NCBI GenBank assembly: GCA_050944475.1
Contig: JBMNRD010000001.1
Coordinates: 498,984 to 530,983, forward strand
Source of the DNA: Lachnospiraceae bacterium
GTDB lineage: Bacteria; Bacillota; Clostridia; Lachnospirales; Lachnospiraceae
Length of the DNA: 32,000 nucleotides
Direction of reading: 5' to 3'
Below the pieces are notes generated by a model. It had not been told where the DNA came from. It worked only from the letters and a program-made list of their open reading frames with translations, and ran no database searches. The position numbers and the translations under genes are program-made. The stretch's first letter is position 1. Each line of letters starts with the position of its first letter. Below are positions 20,689 through 29,824 of the stretch, piece by piece.

Positions 20689-22256
20689 TATTTTTCCTCA
20701 ACTATAGCCAGGACTTCTTTTAAGTCCTTTCTGGTAAATAATATCTCCGGTTTTTCGGTAACCTTGTTGCCTTGCGGATACAGACCAAACTTGTCAAGAT
20801 CCTCGTACTCTCTTGCAACTGTATTCAGCTGGGCGAAAATCTTCTCACCGGTTTCCGGCATAAACGGCGCAAGAAGAGAGGTGCCGATGGTAATTGCCTC
20901 TGTCAGATTATAAAGGACGGTGGCAAGCCGGTCTGCCTTCTCCGGCTCTCTTGCAAGTATCCACGGCTCGGTCTCATCGATATACTTATTGCACCTCTTG
21001 AATATACTGAAAATCTCGGTCAAAGAATCTGCAACTCTCAGTTCGTTCATCTTACCGGTAACGGTGGCTGCGGCTTCTGTCGCAACTCTCTTAAGGTCCG
21101 CGTCAACCTCGCCGTCTGTGCCCTTATCTTCAACCACGCCGTCAAAGTACTTGTTGGTCATGGAAATGGTTCTGTTTACAAGGTTTCCGAGGGTGTTTGC
21201 AAGATCGGAATTAACTCTTTCCACCATCAACTCCCAGGTGATTGTTCCGTCATTTTCAAACGGCATCTCATGAAGAACGAAATATCTTACTGCGTCAACG
21301 CCGAACAGGTCAACCAGGTCGTCTGCATAGATAACATTGCCTCTGGATTTGCTCATCTTGCCTTCCCCGCGAAGAAGCCATGGATGTCCGAAGACCTGCT
21401 TAGGCAGCGGAACATCAAGAGCCATCAGCATTATCGGCCAGTAAATAGTATGGAATCTTAAGATATCCTTACCAATCAAATGAAGGTCTGCCGGCCAATA
21501 CTTCAGGTAAAGCTCTCCGTTATTACCATCCGCGTCATAGCCGAGGCCGGTGATGTAGTTTGAAAGAGCATCTATCCACACATAGATGACGTGCTTAGGA
21601 TCAAAATCCACAGGAATGCCCCATTTGAAGGAGGTTCTTGATACGCACAAATCCTGCAGGCCGACCTTGAGGAAGTTATTCATCATTTCGTTCTTACGCG
21701 ATTCCGGCCGGATAAATTGAGGATTTTCCTCAATGTGCTTAATCAACCTGTCGGCGTATTTGCTCATCTTGAAGAAATACGCTTCTTCCTTGGCAAAATG
21801 CACTTCCCTGCCGCAGTCCGGGCATTTGCCGTCCGCCGCCTGCGCAGAGGTATGGAAGGCCTCGCACTCTTTGCAATACATGCCTTCGTATGCGCCTTTG
21901 TAAATGTCTCCCTTGTCATATAATTTTCTGAAAATCTTCTGGACCTGCGCTTCGTGGTCAGCATCAGTGGTTCTAATAAATCTGTCATAGGATGTGTTCA
22001 TCAGATCCCAGATTCTCTTTACTTCATCTGCAGTCTTATTAACAAATTCCTTTGGCGACATCCCCTCGGCTATAGCCTTCTCTTCAATCTTCTGACCATG
22101 CTCGTCGGTTCCCGTTTGGAAATATACATCGTAGCCCTCCATTCTTCTGAAGCGGGCAATGGCGTCGGCCAAAATAATCTCATATGTATTACCGATATGC
22201 GGCTTGCCTGATGTATATGCAATTGCTGTTGTAATGTAATATTTTGCCTTTGGCAT
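20688..22256 (-). CDS. metG: Methionine--tRNA ligase (short form, no C-terminal tRNA-binding domain)
   Basis: YITTAIAYTSGKPHIGN (HIGH region), a CKEC..(15)..CPDCG zinc knuckle, KMSKSRGN (KMSKS), and a C-terminal anticodon-binding helical domain. Confidence 0.95.
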   Translation of the reverse strand: MPKAKYYITTAIAYTSGKPHIGNTYEIILADAIARFRRMEGYDVYFQTGTDEHGQKIEEKAIAEGMSPKEFVNKTADEVKRIWDLMNTSYDRFIRTTDADHEAQVQKIFRKLYDKGDIYKGAYEGMYCKECEAFHTSAQAADGKCPDCGREVHFAKEEAYFFKMSKYADRLIKHIEENPQFIRPESRKNEMMNNFLKVGLQDLCVSRTSFKWGIPVDFDPKHVIYVWIDALSNYITGLGYDADGNNGELYLKYWPADLHLIGKDILRFHTIYWPIMLMALDVPLPKQVFGHPWLLRGEGKMSKSRGNVIYADDLVDLFGVDAVRYFVLHEMPFENDGTITWELMVERVNSDLANTLGNLVNRTISMTNKYFDGVVEDKGTDGEVDADLKRVATEAAATVTGKMNELRVADSLTEIFSIFKRCNKYIDETEPWILAREPEKADRLATVLYNLTEAITIGTSLLAPFMPETGEKIFAQLNTVAREYEDLDKFGLYPQGNKVTEKPEILFTRKDLKEVLAIVEEK

Positions 22257-22300
22257 TTTTAACGTCTTTCTTTCAAATATTCTTTTCCTTAAAGGATTTC

Positions 22301-23191
22301 TTAATAATCTATTTCCTGATTCATCGGAAGCTCTAATACTTCAGGATTTGCCAGGATTGCTTTCAGCAACCTGATGGATTTTGAATAATAATAGCCGTCC
22401 GCGAGCCTTTCATCTATTGTAATACCAAGCGGGACGGTTTCCCTAACCTCAATTTCATCATTCGGTCCAAGCTGCACGGTTTTGCCGATTTCTCCAATCA
22501 TGCAAAACAGCGAACAGGTGCCCCAGTTGGTCAGATGATGGTATCCGCTGCGAAGATTGATTGAACCGACATTTGATAATACGCATGAAGTATAAAAAGG
22601 ATCTGTTTCAAGCAGCCCTCGTGGGCATTTTCCGTATTTTTCCAAAAAACAAAAGAATCTTACTGCCATTCTGACCAATCTCACCGGGAATTTGCTGAAA
22701 AAATCCATTGCCTGCGTAGAGGCGTCAACATCATCACCTTTGGTGAAGCTTATCTGTTTGAAGAGTTTTTCATGTAATGTATTAATGGTATCCTCTTCCT
22801 TAACGCGGATAATGGCCAACCCTTCCGCGGAATCGTCGGTAAACAGTTTCTTGACCACAAAAGATATGGAGACCTCGTTTTTTTGATATGTCAATCTGTT
22901 GGCAATAAATCTGTTAAGCTTAGGCCTGAGAGTCAGGATCTTTGCCACCGCCGAAGAAATAATGTGAAAGGGTGTATAAGGAAACAGTATTTCCCCTTCA
23001 CTGTTTTTCTTTTCAACATACGCCCTTATCGGCTCCATGTCTATTGTTTCCGCAATGTACGCTTCATTATCACATCGATTAGGATATATAATCGGCGTAA
23101 TGATATGCATAGAGTCCAAATCACGAATCAACCTGCCGTCTACTCTGTCCCCCAAACGGCGTCTTTGTCTTTTCTCCCCCATGAAAAACAT
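22301..23191 (-). CDS. Stand-alone 2-oxoacid dehydrogenase E2 / CAT-fold acyltransferase-like protein with a variant active-site motif
   Basis: 296 aa. The C-terminus SNVGSIN...(50)...PLGITIDERLADGYYYSKSIRLLKAILANP aligns with the E2 catalytic-domain consensus SN.G.fG ... s.DHR..DGa.aa.Fl..lk..LE.P. There are no lipoyl or PSBD domains. The start is 23191 or the ATG at 23182. Confidence 0.6.
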   Translation of the reverse strand: MFFMGEKRQRRRLGDRVDGRLIRDLDSMHIITPIIYPNRCDNEAYIAETIDMEPIRAYVEKKNSEGEILFPYTPFHIISSAVAKILTLRPKLNRFIANRLTYQKNEVSISFVVKKLFTDDSAEGLAIIRVKEEDTINTLHEKLFKQISFTKGDDVDASTQAMDFFSKFPVRLVRMAVRFFCFLEKYGKCPRGLLETDPFYTSCVLSNVGSINLRSGYHHLTNWGTCSLFCMIGEIGKTVQLGPNDEIEVRETVPLGITIDERLADGYYYSKSIRLLKAILANPEVLELPMNQEIDY

Positions 23192-23213
23192 CCCCCTTTT
23201 ATGATAGATTAAA

Positions 23214-25028
23214 TTAAACTTCCGCTGCCGCCTCTTCCTTTTCCAGCTCTTCTACTGCGCGGGCAATCTTTTCCTTTTCGGTAAAAGACGGATCCTCCTC
23301 ATTATCCTTCTCTCCCGCAGCGATTTTGGCGAGTTCCTCCTCTTCGAGAATCCTGTATGCTACTTTTCCGACCAATGTCTTTGGAAGGTCGTCTCTGAAT
23401 TCAATATTGTACGGCATTGCGTATTTGGCAATATATTTCTTGCAATATGCCATCAGTTTAAGCCATGTCTCCTCACTGGGTTCATATCCCGGTTTCAGGA
23501 CCACAAAGGCCTTAACTTTCTGCATTTTGTATTCGTCCGGAATACCGATTACGCAACTCATGGAAACCATCTTGTTGGCATCAAGAATATTCTCCATCTG
23601 GGCAGGATAAATGTTGTATCCCGAGCTCACTATCATCCTCTTTGAACGGCCCTTGAAATAAACAAATCCCTGGTCATCCATAACACCCAGATCTCCTGTA
23701 TAAACCCATGTCAGACCATCCTCGTGAGCGCGGAGAGCCTTGGCGGTCTCCTCCTCATGCTTCATGTATCTCTTCATGACAGTCGGCCCGGCAAGAAGAA
23801 TCTCTCCTTCCTCACCGTATGGAAGCTCCTCATCCGTTCCGGGTTTTACAATCTTGATATAAGTATCCGGGAAGGGAATACCGATACTGCCCTCCTTATG
23901 CATTGTGGGAGGTGTAAGACAGCATGCGGTAACCGTTTCTGTTGTTCCGTAGCCCTCACGAACCTGAATCGTTGCATGATGGTCATACAGAAATTTATCC
24001 AGTTTCTTCTTCAACTCAATGCTCAGCGAGTCACCGCCTGAGAATACTCCCTTAAGTGAACTGTAATCCGCCTTTTGCATGTTTGGAAGACGAAGGAGCG
24101 CCTCGTAGAGAGTCGGAACGCCTGCGATGAAATTGCATTTATACTTCGTAATCTGCTTCGCATATGTTGCTGCCGTAAACCTTGGAACCAGAATACACCT
24201 TCCGCCGTTAAACAACATGGAGTGAATGCATACACCCAGTCCGAAGCCGTGGAAAATAGGCATTGCCGCAAGCATCCTGTCTCCCTGCCTGAACATCGGA
24301 TTAACTCCGGCAATCTGGGTGGCCAATGCATTGAAGTTCATATGGGTCAACTCGATTCCCTTGTTAACCCCTGTGGTTCCGCCTGAATAAAGAACAACCG
24401 CGGTCTCATGACAATCCTTATGAACCTCATAATTCCAGAAACATGACTTCCCGATGTTCATGAATTCCCGCCATCTGATAACAGGCGCATCCGCCGGAAT
24501 CCTCTTGATCTTGCGGCCTTCCGTCAGCATGTAGCCCGCTTTAATCGGCCTGGTAAGCTCGTCCTTAATGCTCGCAAGGACAATATTGACGACCTTTGTT
24601 TTTGCTCTGATTGCCTCAAATTTATGATAAAACTGGTCAAGTGTAATCACGCTTACGCTGTCGGATTCATTCAAATAAAACTCCAGCTCTTTTTCTGCGG
24701 ACAGGGGATGAACCATGTTTGCAACGGCTCCGATGCAGTTCAGCGCATAAAAGCTGTAAATGGCCTGAGGGCAATTCGGCAACGCAATAGTAACCTTGTC
24801 GCCATCTCTCACACCCAGAGTACGAAGCGACCGTGCGCACTTCTGAATCTGCTCAAGCATTTTTTTATATGTTGTAGATGCCCCCATGAAATCAAAAGCT
24901 ATATCGTTAGGGTATGTTTCAGCTGTCCTTTTGATAGCCTCGTAAATGGTTCCTTCGTAATATTCCAATGTAAACGGCAATCCTCCCAGATGATCCTTCC
25001 AGGGCGCCTTGGCTGTTATTGTTTCCAT
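23214..25028 (-). CDS. AMP-dependent synthetase/ligase (acyl-CoA or acyl-adenylate forming, FadD-like) with an acidic C-terminal tail
   Basis: ANL core motifs YSGGTTGVNKG, GYGTTE, YTGDLG and PKTLVGKV. The last 45 or so residues are Glu/Lys-rich (..EEEELAKIAAGEKDNEED..ELEKEEAAAEV). AGGAGG RBS. Confidence 0.85.
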   Translation of the reverse strand: METITAKAPWKDHLGGLPFTLEYYEGTIYEAIKRTAETYPNDIAFDFMGASTTYKKMLEQIQKCARSLRTLGVRDGDKVTIALPNCPQAIYSFYALNCIGAVANMVHPLSAEKELEFYLNESDSVSVITLDQFYHKFEAIRAKTKVVNIVLASIKDELTRPIKAGYMLTEGRKIKRIPADAPVIRWREFMNIGKSCFWNYEVHKDCHETAVVLYSGGTTGVNKGIELTHMNFNALATQIAGVNPMFRQGDRMLAAMPIFHGFGLGVCIHSMLFNGGRCILVPRFTAATYAKQITKYKCNFIAGVPTLYEALLRLPNMQKADYSSLKGVFSGGDSLSIELKKKLDKFLYDHHATIQVREGYGTTETVTACCLTPPTMHKEGSIGIPFPDTYIKIVKPGTDEELPYGEEGEILLAGPTVMKRYMKHEEETAKALRAHEDGLTWVYTGDLGVMDDQGFVYFKGRSKRMIVSSGYNIYPAQMENILDANKMVSMSCVIGIPDEYKMQKVKAFVVLKPGYEPSEETWLKLMAYCKKYIAKYAMPYNIEFRDDLPKTLVGKVAYRILEEEELAKIAAGEKDNEEDPSFTEKEKIARAVEELEKEEAAAEV

Positions 25029-25085
25029 CTTTTTCCTCCTAATAGCAACATTACTAACGGGTTGCTTCTAAAACGATTAAAACAT

Positions 25086-25114
25086 ATGATAAACAAAAAC
25101 GTTGAATTTATCAA
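25086..25114 (-). promoter_or_regulatory. Sigma-70-like promoter for the ligase-acyltransferase-metG unit
   Basis: On the minus strand: TTGATA (25114-25109), a 17-nt spacer, then TATCAT (25091-25086). The -35 lies inside the palindrome GTTGA-ATTTA-TCAAC (25101-25115). Confidence 0.4.
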
Positions 25115-25154
25115 CTGAAACTTGAGTTTTTCATGCGCACTTTTGTATTGCGCA

Positions 25155-25183
25155 TTGCCAAAATTCACTTTCTTTATTATAAT
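25155..25183 (+). promoter_or_regulatory. Sigma-70-like promoter for the lipoprotein gene
   Basis: TTGCCA (25155-25160), a 17-nt spacer, then TATAAT (25178-25183), about 30 nt upstream of the ATG at 25215. Confidence 0.5.
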
Positions 25184-25214
25184 ATCGTAACGTTATTAAT
25201 AAGGAGTTTGCGTC

Positions 25215-27032
25215 ATGAAAAAATGCCTTGCTATATTATTATTGCTTGTCCTGTCAGCTGCCTTGCTTGCCCTGTCCGGATGTAAGAATTCGGCTAACAA
25301 CAAAGACAGCCTTTCTTCCAAACAAACCACCACCGAAGCTCCCAAATCGGAGATTTTCTATCTTGCGTCCGAAAACACGGAAGTTCCCCTTTACACTTAT
25401 GATAAAGAGAATTGTGTTTTCACGCAGGTAACTTCCGCCGTAAGGGGCACTGAAGTACAATTTGACGGAAAATATGTAACCTCTAAAGGCAAATATGTTA
25501 ATGAGAAAAAGGCAAAAAGAGAACCGGAACCTGTCCCGGAAAGCTCTACGGATCCGGAAGGGAAAACCTCCGACATACTGCTTGCGTATATCATGGAGAT
25601 AACGCTGGGCGGCAGCAAATATCTTGTCAATCCGGATAATCTGTCGCAGACCCTCTCGGGAGCCGTCATGGAAAAATGCAAATACGTCCGCACCCCCGTT
25701 ACGGTATATGAGAATCCTTCCGGCGCGAATATTTCCGGCTGGCTTCCCAAGGGTTCATGCCTTGAAATCTCCGGCTTTGATTATCTGATGGAGGATGGAC
25801 AGGTCAATAAATACTTTGTCGCCTGTGACGAAACGGAAGGCTGGGTTTACAGAAAATACCTGGTCGATGACGAAGCTTCCGCACTTGCAGTAAATGAAGA
25901 ATATTTTGAAATGAACAAGGACGGCATTTATTCCGCCTTTGATTTATATGGCGGCGACCCCGGCAATCTGGACTATTATCCCTACGAAAGGATTTCCATT
26001 CCGGGAAACAACCCGCCCGAAGACGTAAGGGGAATGTACCTTAACTGTGCCGCAGCCATGGATGCCGAGGATTATATTGAGCTTGCACAAAGCTGTGGTG
26101 TAAATGCAGTAGTCATTGACATAAAGGACGGCGTTCTCGCTTACGAGGCTGAAGCCGCAAGAGATATTTCTCCCGCGTCCTTTGAAACCAGCCTGCATTA
26201 CTTTGAACCGTTTAAAGAGGCAGTCCAAAAATACAAAGATGCCGGCCTTTATACCATCGGCAGAATAGTTGTCTTCAGCGACGCTATTTTTGCCGGAGAT
26301 AATCCTCAAACCGTGATTGAGTCCTATCTGACGGACGGCACCTGGCCTTCCGCATTCAGCCGGGAGGTCTGGGAATACAATGTACAGCTTGCCGTTGAGT
26401 CCGTGGAGCGCATGGGGTTTAATGAGATTCAGTTTGACTATGTGCGTTTTCCGGAAAATGCCTACTCAATTTCCAAAAATGACCCCGATGCGGACTATAA
26501 AAATTACTATGGTGAGGAAAAGGCGGAGGCTGTTCAGAATTTCCTCTTCTATGCCACAGATACCCTTCATGAAGCCGGAGCATATGTGTCGGTTGATGTT
26601 TTCGGCGAGAGCGCAAATGGATATGTTACGGCCTATGGACAATATTGGCCTGCCATAACAAATATAGTAGATGCCATCAGCGGCATGCCCTATGTGGACC
26701 ATTTTGGCACGGAAGATGTGTGGACTTACCCTTACAACATCATGTATTATTGGGCCACAAATGCCGCACAGTGCCAGACTCAGGCTCCCACTCCTGCTGC
26801 CGTGCGCACGTGGATAACGGGATACAACACACCTCACTGGAATCCCACCGTCAACTACGGCTCCGAAAAGATTTCGGAACAGGCTCAGGCCCTGTACGAT
26901 GCCGGCCTGACAGGAGGCTTCATTCCCTGGAATGCCGCCAGCTCTTATTGGAAATATGCCGAATTTGCCGATGCCTGGGGATATAGCTATGAAGACCTGA
27001 ACGCGGAGGAACCCGAGTTCAGTCCGGATTAA
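25215..27032 (+). CDS. Lipoprotein with an SH3b-like domain and a DUF4015 (putative glycoside hydrolase, TIM-barrel-like) domain
   Basis: Signal peptide with lipobox (LLALSGC). The mid region ..YVRTPVTVYENPSGANISGWLPKGSCLEI..GWVYRKYL is SH3b-like. The C-terminal half has NAVVIDIKD.., GRIVVF.D and FNEIQFDYVRFPE, which I recognise as DUF4015/GHL-type motifs. Confidence 0.7.
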   Translation: MKKCLAILLLLVLSAALLALSGCKNSANNKDSLSSKQTTTEAPKSEIFYLASENTEVPLYTYDKENCVFTQVTSAVRGTEVQFDGKYVTSKGKYVNEKKAKREPEPVPESSTDPEGKTSDILLAYIMEITLGGSKYLVNPDNLSQTLSGAVMEKCKYVRTPVTVYENPSGANISGWLPKGSCLEISGFDYLMEDGQVNKYFVACDETEGWVYRKYLVDDEASALAVNEEYFEMNKDGIYSAFDLYGGDPGNLDYYPYERISIPGNNPPEDVRGMYLNCAAAMDAEDYIELAQSCGVNAVVIDIKDGVLAYEAEAARDISPASFETSLHYFEPFKEAVQKYKDAGLYTIGRIVVFSDAIFAGDNPQTVIESYLTDGTWPSAFSREVWEYNVQLAVESVERMGFNEIQFDYVRFPENAYSISKNDPDADYKNYYGEEKAEAVQNFLFYATDTLHEAGAYVSVDVFGESANGYVTAYGQYWPAITNIVDAISGMPYVDHFGTEDVWTYPYNIMYYWATNAAQCQTQAPTPAAVRTWITGYNTPHWNPTVNYGSEKISEQAQALYDAGLTGGFIPWNAASSYWKYAEFADAWGYSYEDLNAEEPEFSPD

Positions 27033-27038
27033 AACTCC

Positions 27039-27070
27039 TTGCCGGCATCTTCCGGCAAAATCGATTTTTT
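27039..27070. terminator. Stem-loop terminator between the convergent lipoprotein and HAD genes
   Basis: TTGCCGG (27039-27045), loop CATCTT, CCGGCAA (27052-27058), then AATCGA and TTTTTT (27065-27070). Confidence 0.45.
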
Positions 27071-27077
27071 AATGAAA

Positions 27078-27725
27078 TTATCGCAAAATCACCCCCGCAA
27101 TCTCCCGCGGGGTTTTTGCTGTAAAGGTTGCTCCGGCGTCCTCTAATTCTTTCAGGCTTCCGTAGCCGTAGAGTACTCCTATGCTGTCCATTCCAAGCTC
27201 GGCTGCCCCCGTGACGTCGTAACTGCGGTCACCTACCATTACGACCTCAGACGGATTGCAGATGCCTGCCCTTTCAAGAGCATATCTTATTACATCGGGC
27301 TTTTTATTGCAGGTTTCATCCATGGATGCGCCCGCAACAAAATCAAAATATTTATCCAACCCGAAATGACGGACTATGTCAACCGCGTAAATCTCAGGCT
27401 TCGATGTCGCGATAATCAATCGCTTTCCGGCATCCCGCAACTGTACGAGGCATTCCTCAATGCCGTCGTAAACCGAATTTTCAAAGGCTCCCTTTGTTGA
27501 GAAGTATTCCCTGTAGAGTTCCAGTGCCTCCCATGCAATGTCTCCGGTCAAATTGCAGTATTTTCCGTAAGAGTCGAGCAGCGGCGGCCCGATAAATTTA
27601 TAGAAAACCTCCTCGGCCGGGAAGGGTGCTCCGATTTTATCAAGAGCATATTTAATGGAATTGATAATCCCCGGACCGGAATCCATCAGCGTTCCGTCAA
27701 GGTCAAATAAAACTGTCTTATACAT
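27078..27725 (-). CDS. HAD-IA family hydrolase (phosphoglycolate phosphatase / PpaX-like)
   Basis: LFDLDGTLMDS (motif I), TSK (motif II), and K...(25)..VGDRSYDV (motifs III/IV). Confidence 0.8.
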   Translation of the reverse strand: MYKTVLFDLDGTLMDSGPGIINSIKYALDKIGAPFPAEEVFYKFIGPPLLDSYGKYCNLTGDIAWEALELYREYFSTKGAFENSVYDGIEECLVQLRDAGKRLIIATSKPEIYAVDIVRHFGLDKYFDFVAGASMDETCNKKPDVIRYALERAGICNPSEVVMVGDRSYDVTGAAELGMDSIGVLYGYGSLKELEDAGATFTAKTPREIAGVILR

Positions 27726-27832
27726 CGATAACCTCTTTTACCATGCTTTTCTTGCCGCCTATTTGAACGGCAAATTTATATTAAGCCAAAAGCTTTCACT
27801 TATCAAGTAAAGTCCTTGTGGCAAAATGCGGA

Positions 27833-27860
27833 TTTGCAAGAGGCTCATTCTGTGATAAAA
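27833..27860 (+). promoter_or_regulatory. Sigma-70-like promoter (extended -10) for mnmA-tcdA-ttcA
   Basis: TTGCAA (27833-27838), a 16-nt spacer ending in TGA, then TAAAAT (27855-27860). This gives TGnTAAAAT. Confidence 0.45.
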
Positions 27861-27923
27861 TCAACGACAGTCGGGAAAACATTAACAACCCTCGGAAGAA
27901 ATTTTTAGGATTCGTATTAAGCC

Positions 27924-29033
27924 ATGAACACACCTGCGAAAGCCCTGATTGCCATGAGCGGCGGAATAGACAGCTCCATAGCCGCATATATGATGAAAAA
28001 AACCGGCTATGATTGTCTTGGAATGACAATGAAGCTTATGGGGGATTGCTCCGGCAGCGATGAGAAGTTCAAGGTTGCCGGAGAGTATTACCGTTTTATT
28101 TCTCCGGATGAATATACGGAAGAAGCTTCTGCGTCCGCCCGTATTGCATCCCGCATCGGAATACCCTTCAAGGCGATTGATTTTTCCGGGGCTTTCAGAA
28201 AACATGTAATGCGTCGTTTCGTCTCGGCATATGAAGATGGCCGGACTCCCAACCCTTGCGTTGACTGCAATAAACACATTAAATTCGGCATGCTTCTTGA
28301 CCTTGCTTTGGAGATGGGTTTTGATTTTCTGGTTACCGGCCACTATGCCCGGATTACCCGGGATGAAGAAAGCGGTCTTTACCGGCTACGAAAAGCTTTG
28401 GATAAAACCAGGGATCAGAGCTATTTTCTTTTTAATTTGACCCAGTCCCGACTCTCACATATTATGTTCCCCTTGGGGGACTATCACAAATCCGATATCC
28501 GTAAACTGGCTTCGGAGCTGTCTCTTGAAAATACCGAAAGGAAAGAAAGCCGGGATATCTGCTTTGTTCCGGACGGAGATTACGGTGTTTTTCTTGAATC
28601 ATTCACCGGCCATGAATATGCCGGCGGTGAATTCATAACTGCTGACGGCAAGTGTCCGGGACACCACAAAGGGGCCGTCAGATATACCATCGGCCAGAGG
28701 AAAGGGCTGGGGCTTTCCGTTCCGTCTCCGGTTTACGTACTTGGCAAAGACATGGCATCCAACAGGGTGTTTGTAGGAGAAGAAGCTCTTCTTTTCGGCA
28801 AGGAAATGACAATTTCCGATGTCAATTGGACGTCTGTCCGTCCGCTGTCGGAGCCGTTTCGTTGCCGAATAAAGATCCGTTTCAGGCAAAGCCCGGCAAG
28901 CGCCCTGTGTCAACCGAATGGAAGCGGTACGATAAAAGTGTTTTTCGATGAGCCTCAAAGGGCAATTACCCCGGGACAGGCTGCAGTTATGTATGATGGC
29001 GACATCGTAATCGGTGGGGGTGTGATAGTGTAA
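27924..29033 (+). CDS. mnmA: tRNA-specific 2-thiouridylase (s2U34)
   Basis: PP-loop ALIAMSGGIDSS, the catalytic Cys region NPCVDCNK.IKF, TGHYAR and DQSYFL motifs. Confidence 0.9.
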   Translation: MNTPAKALIAMSGGIDSSIAAYMMKKTGYDCLGMTMKLMGDCSGSDEKFKVAGEYYRFISPDEYTEEASASARIASRIGIPFKAIDFSGAFRKHVMRRFVSAYEDGRTPNPCVDCNKHIKFGMLLDLALEMGFDFLVTGHYARITRDEESGLYRLRKALDKTRDQSYFLFNLTQSRLSHIMFPLGDYHKSDIRKLASELSLENTERKESRDICFVPDGDYGVFLESFTGHEYAGGEFITADGKCPGHHKGAVRYTIGQRKGLGLSVPSPVYVLGKDMASNRVFVGEEALLFGKEMTISDVNWTSVRPLSEPFRCRIKIRFRQSPASALCQPNGSGTIKVFFDEPQRAITPGQAAVMYDGDIVIGGGVIV

Positions 29034-29035
29034 TT

Positions 29036-29782
29036 ATGTGCGGAAAAGAAATTTTTTCCAGAGCGGAATTGTTGCTGGGTGAAAGAGGAATAGATATACT
29101 TCATAGCAGACGTGTTGCCGTTTTCGGCATAGGTGGCGTCGGAAGTTACGTAATGGAAGGTCTGGCAAGAAGCGGCATCGGCGCTCTCGACCTGATTGAC
29201 TGCGACACAGTCAGCGAAACCGATATAAACCGCCAGATTATCGCATTGCACAGCACCATAGGTCTTCCCAAAACCCAAATCGCCGCTGCAAGAGTTTTGG
29301 ATATTAACCCCTCCTGTAATGTTGTCACCCATGATGTCTTCTTCGGCCCGGAAACCGAAGATCAATTTGATTTTTCCAAATACGACTATGTGGTTGACGC
29401 CATTGACACGGTCAGCGGCAAGCTTGCCTTGATTCAGGCAACTAAAAAAGCCGGCATTCCGATTATCAGCTGCATGGGAACCGGCAACAAACTTGACCCG
29501 ATCGCCTTTGAAGTTTCAGATATTTATAAGACATCCGGCTGTCCGCTTGCCAAGGTTATGCGCAAAAAATGCCGCGAGCTCGGCATCGATTCCCTGAAGG
29601 TTGTTTTTTCCAACGAAGAGCCTCTGAACGCTGTCGCCGAAACGGAAAACGGAAGACACAGCCCAGGTTCCGTTTCATTTGTTCCGTCCGTTGCCGGCAT
29701 GATAATTGTTGGCGAGGTTGTAAAAGACCTTATTGCAAATACAAAACCTGAAACTCTATATAATGAAACTGCGCGCGAATAG
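29036..29782 (+). CDS. tcdA: ThiF/HesA-family tRNA threonylcarbamoyladenosine dehydratase (TcdA/CsdL-like)
   Basis: FSR.ELLLGE.G...L....VAVFGIGGVGS...E.LARSG.G...LID.D.V..T..NRQ, then D.VVDAID and the distinctive non-MoeB C-terminal region. The start is 2 nt after the mnmA stop. Confidence 0.8.
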   Translation: MCGKEIFSRAELLLGERGIDILHSRRVAVFGIGGVGSYVMEGLARSGIGALDLIDCDTVSETDINRQIIALHSTIGLPKTQIAAARVLDINPSCNVVTHDVFFGPETEDQFDFSKYDYVVDAIDTVSGKLALIQATKKAGIPIISCMGTGNKLDPIAFEVSDIYKTSGCPLAKVMRKKCRELGIDSLKVVFSNEEPLNAVAETENGRHSPGSVSFVPSVAGMIIVGEVVKDLIANTKPETLYNETARE

Positions 29783-29824
29783 ATATTATGTTCCGCAAAT
29801 ACTTGCAGGAGCTTTCGGGCTCCG

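Noticed and set aside
20772-21461. 229-aa plus-strand ORF antisense to metG
   Set aside because: This is a shadow ORF inside an unambiguous metG CDS, with no motifs or RBS.
22257-22300. Looked for a T-box leader or terminator upstream of metG
   Set aside because: Only 44 nt separate metG from the preceding gene. That is far too short for a T-box riboswitch, and there is no specifier or antiterminator structure.
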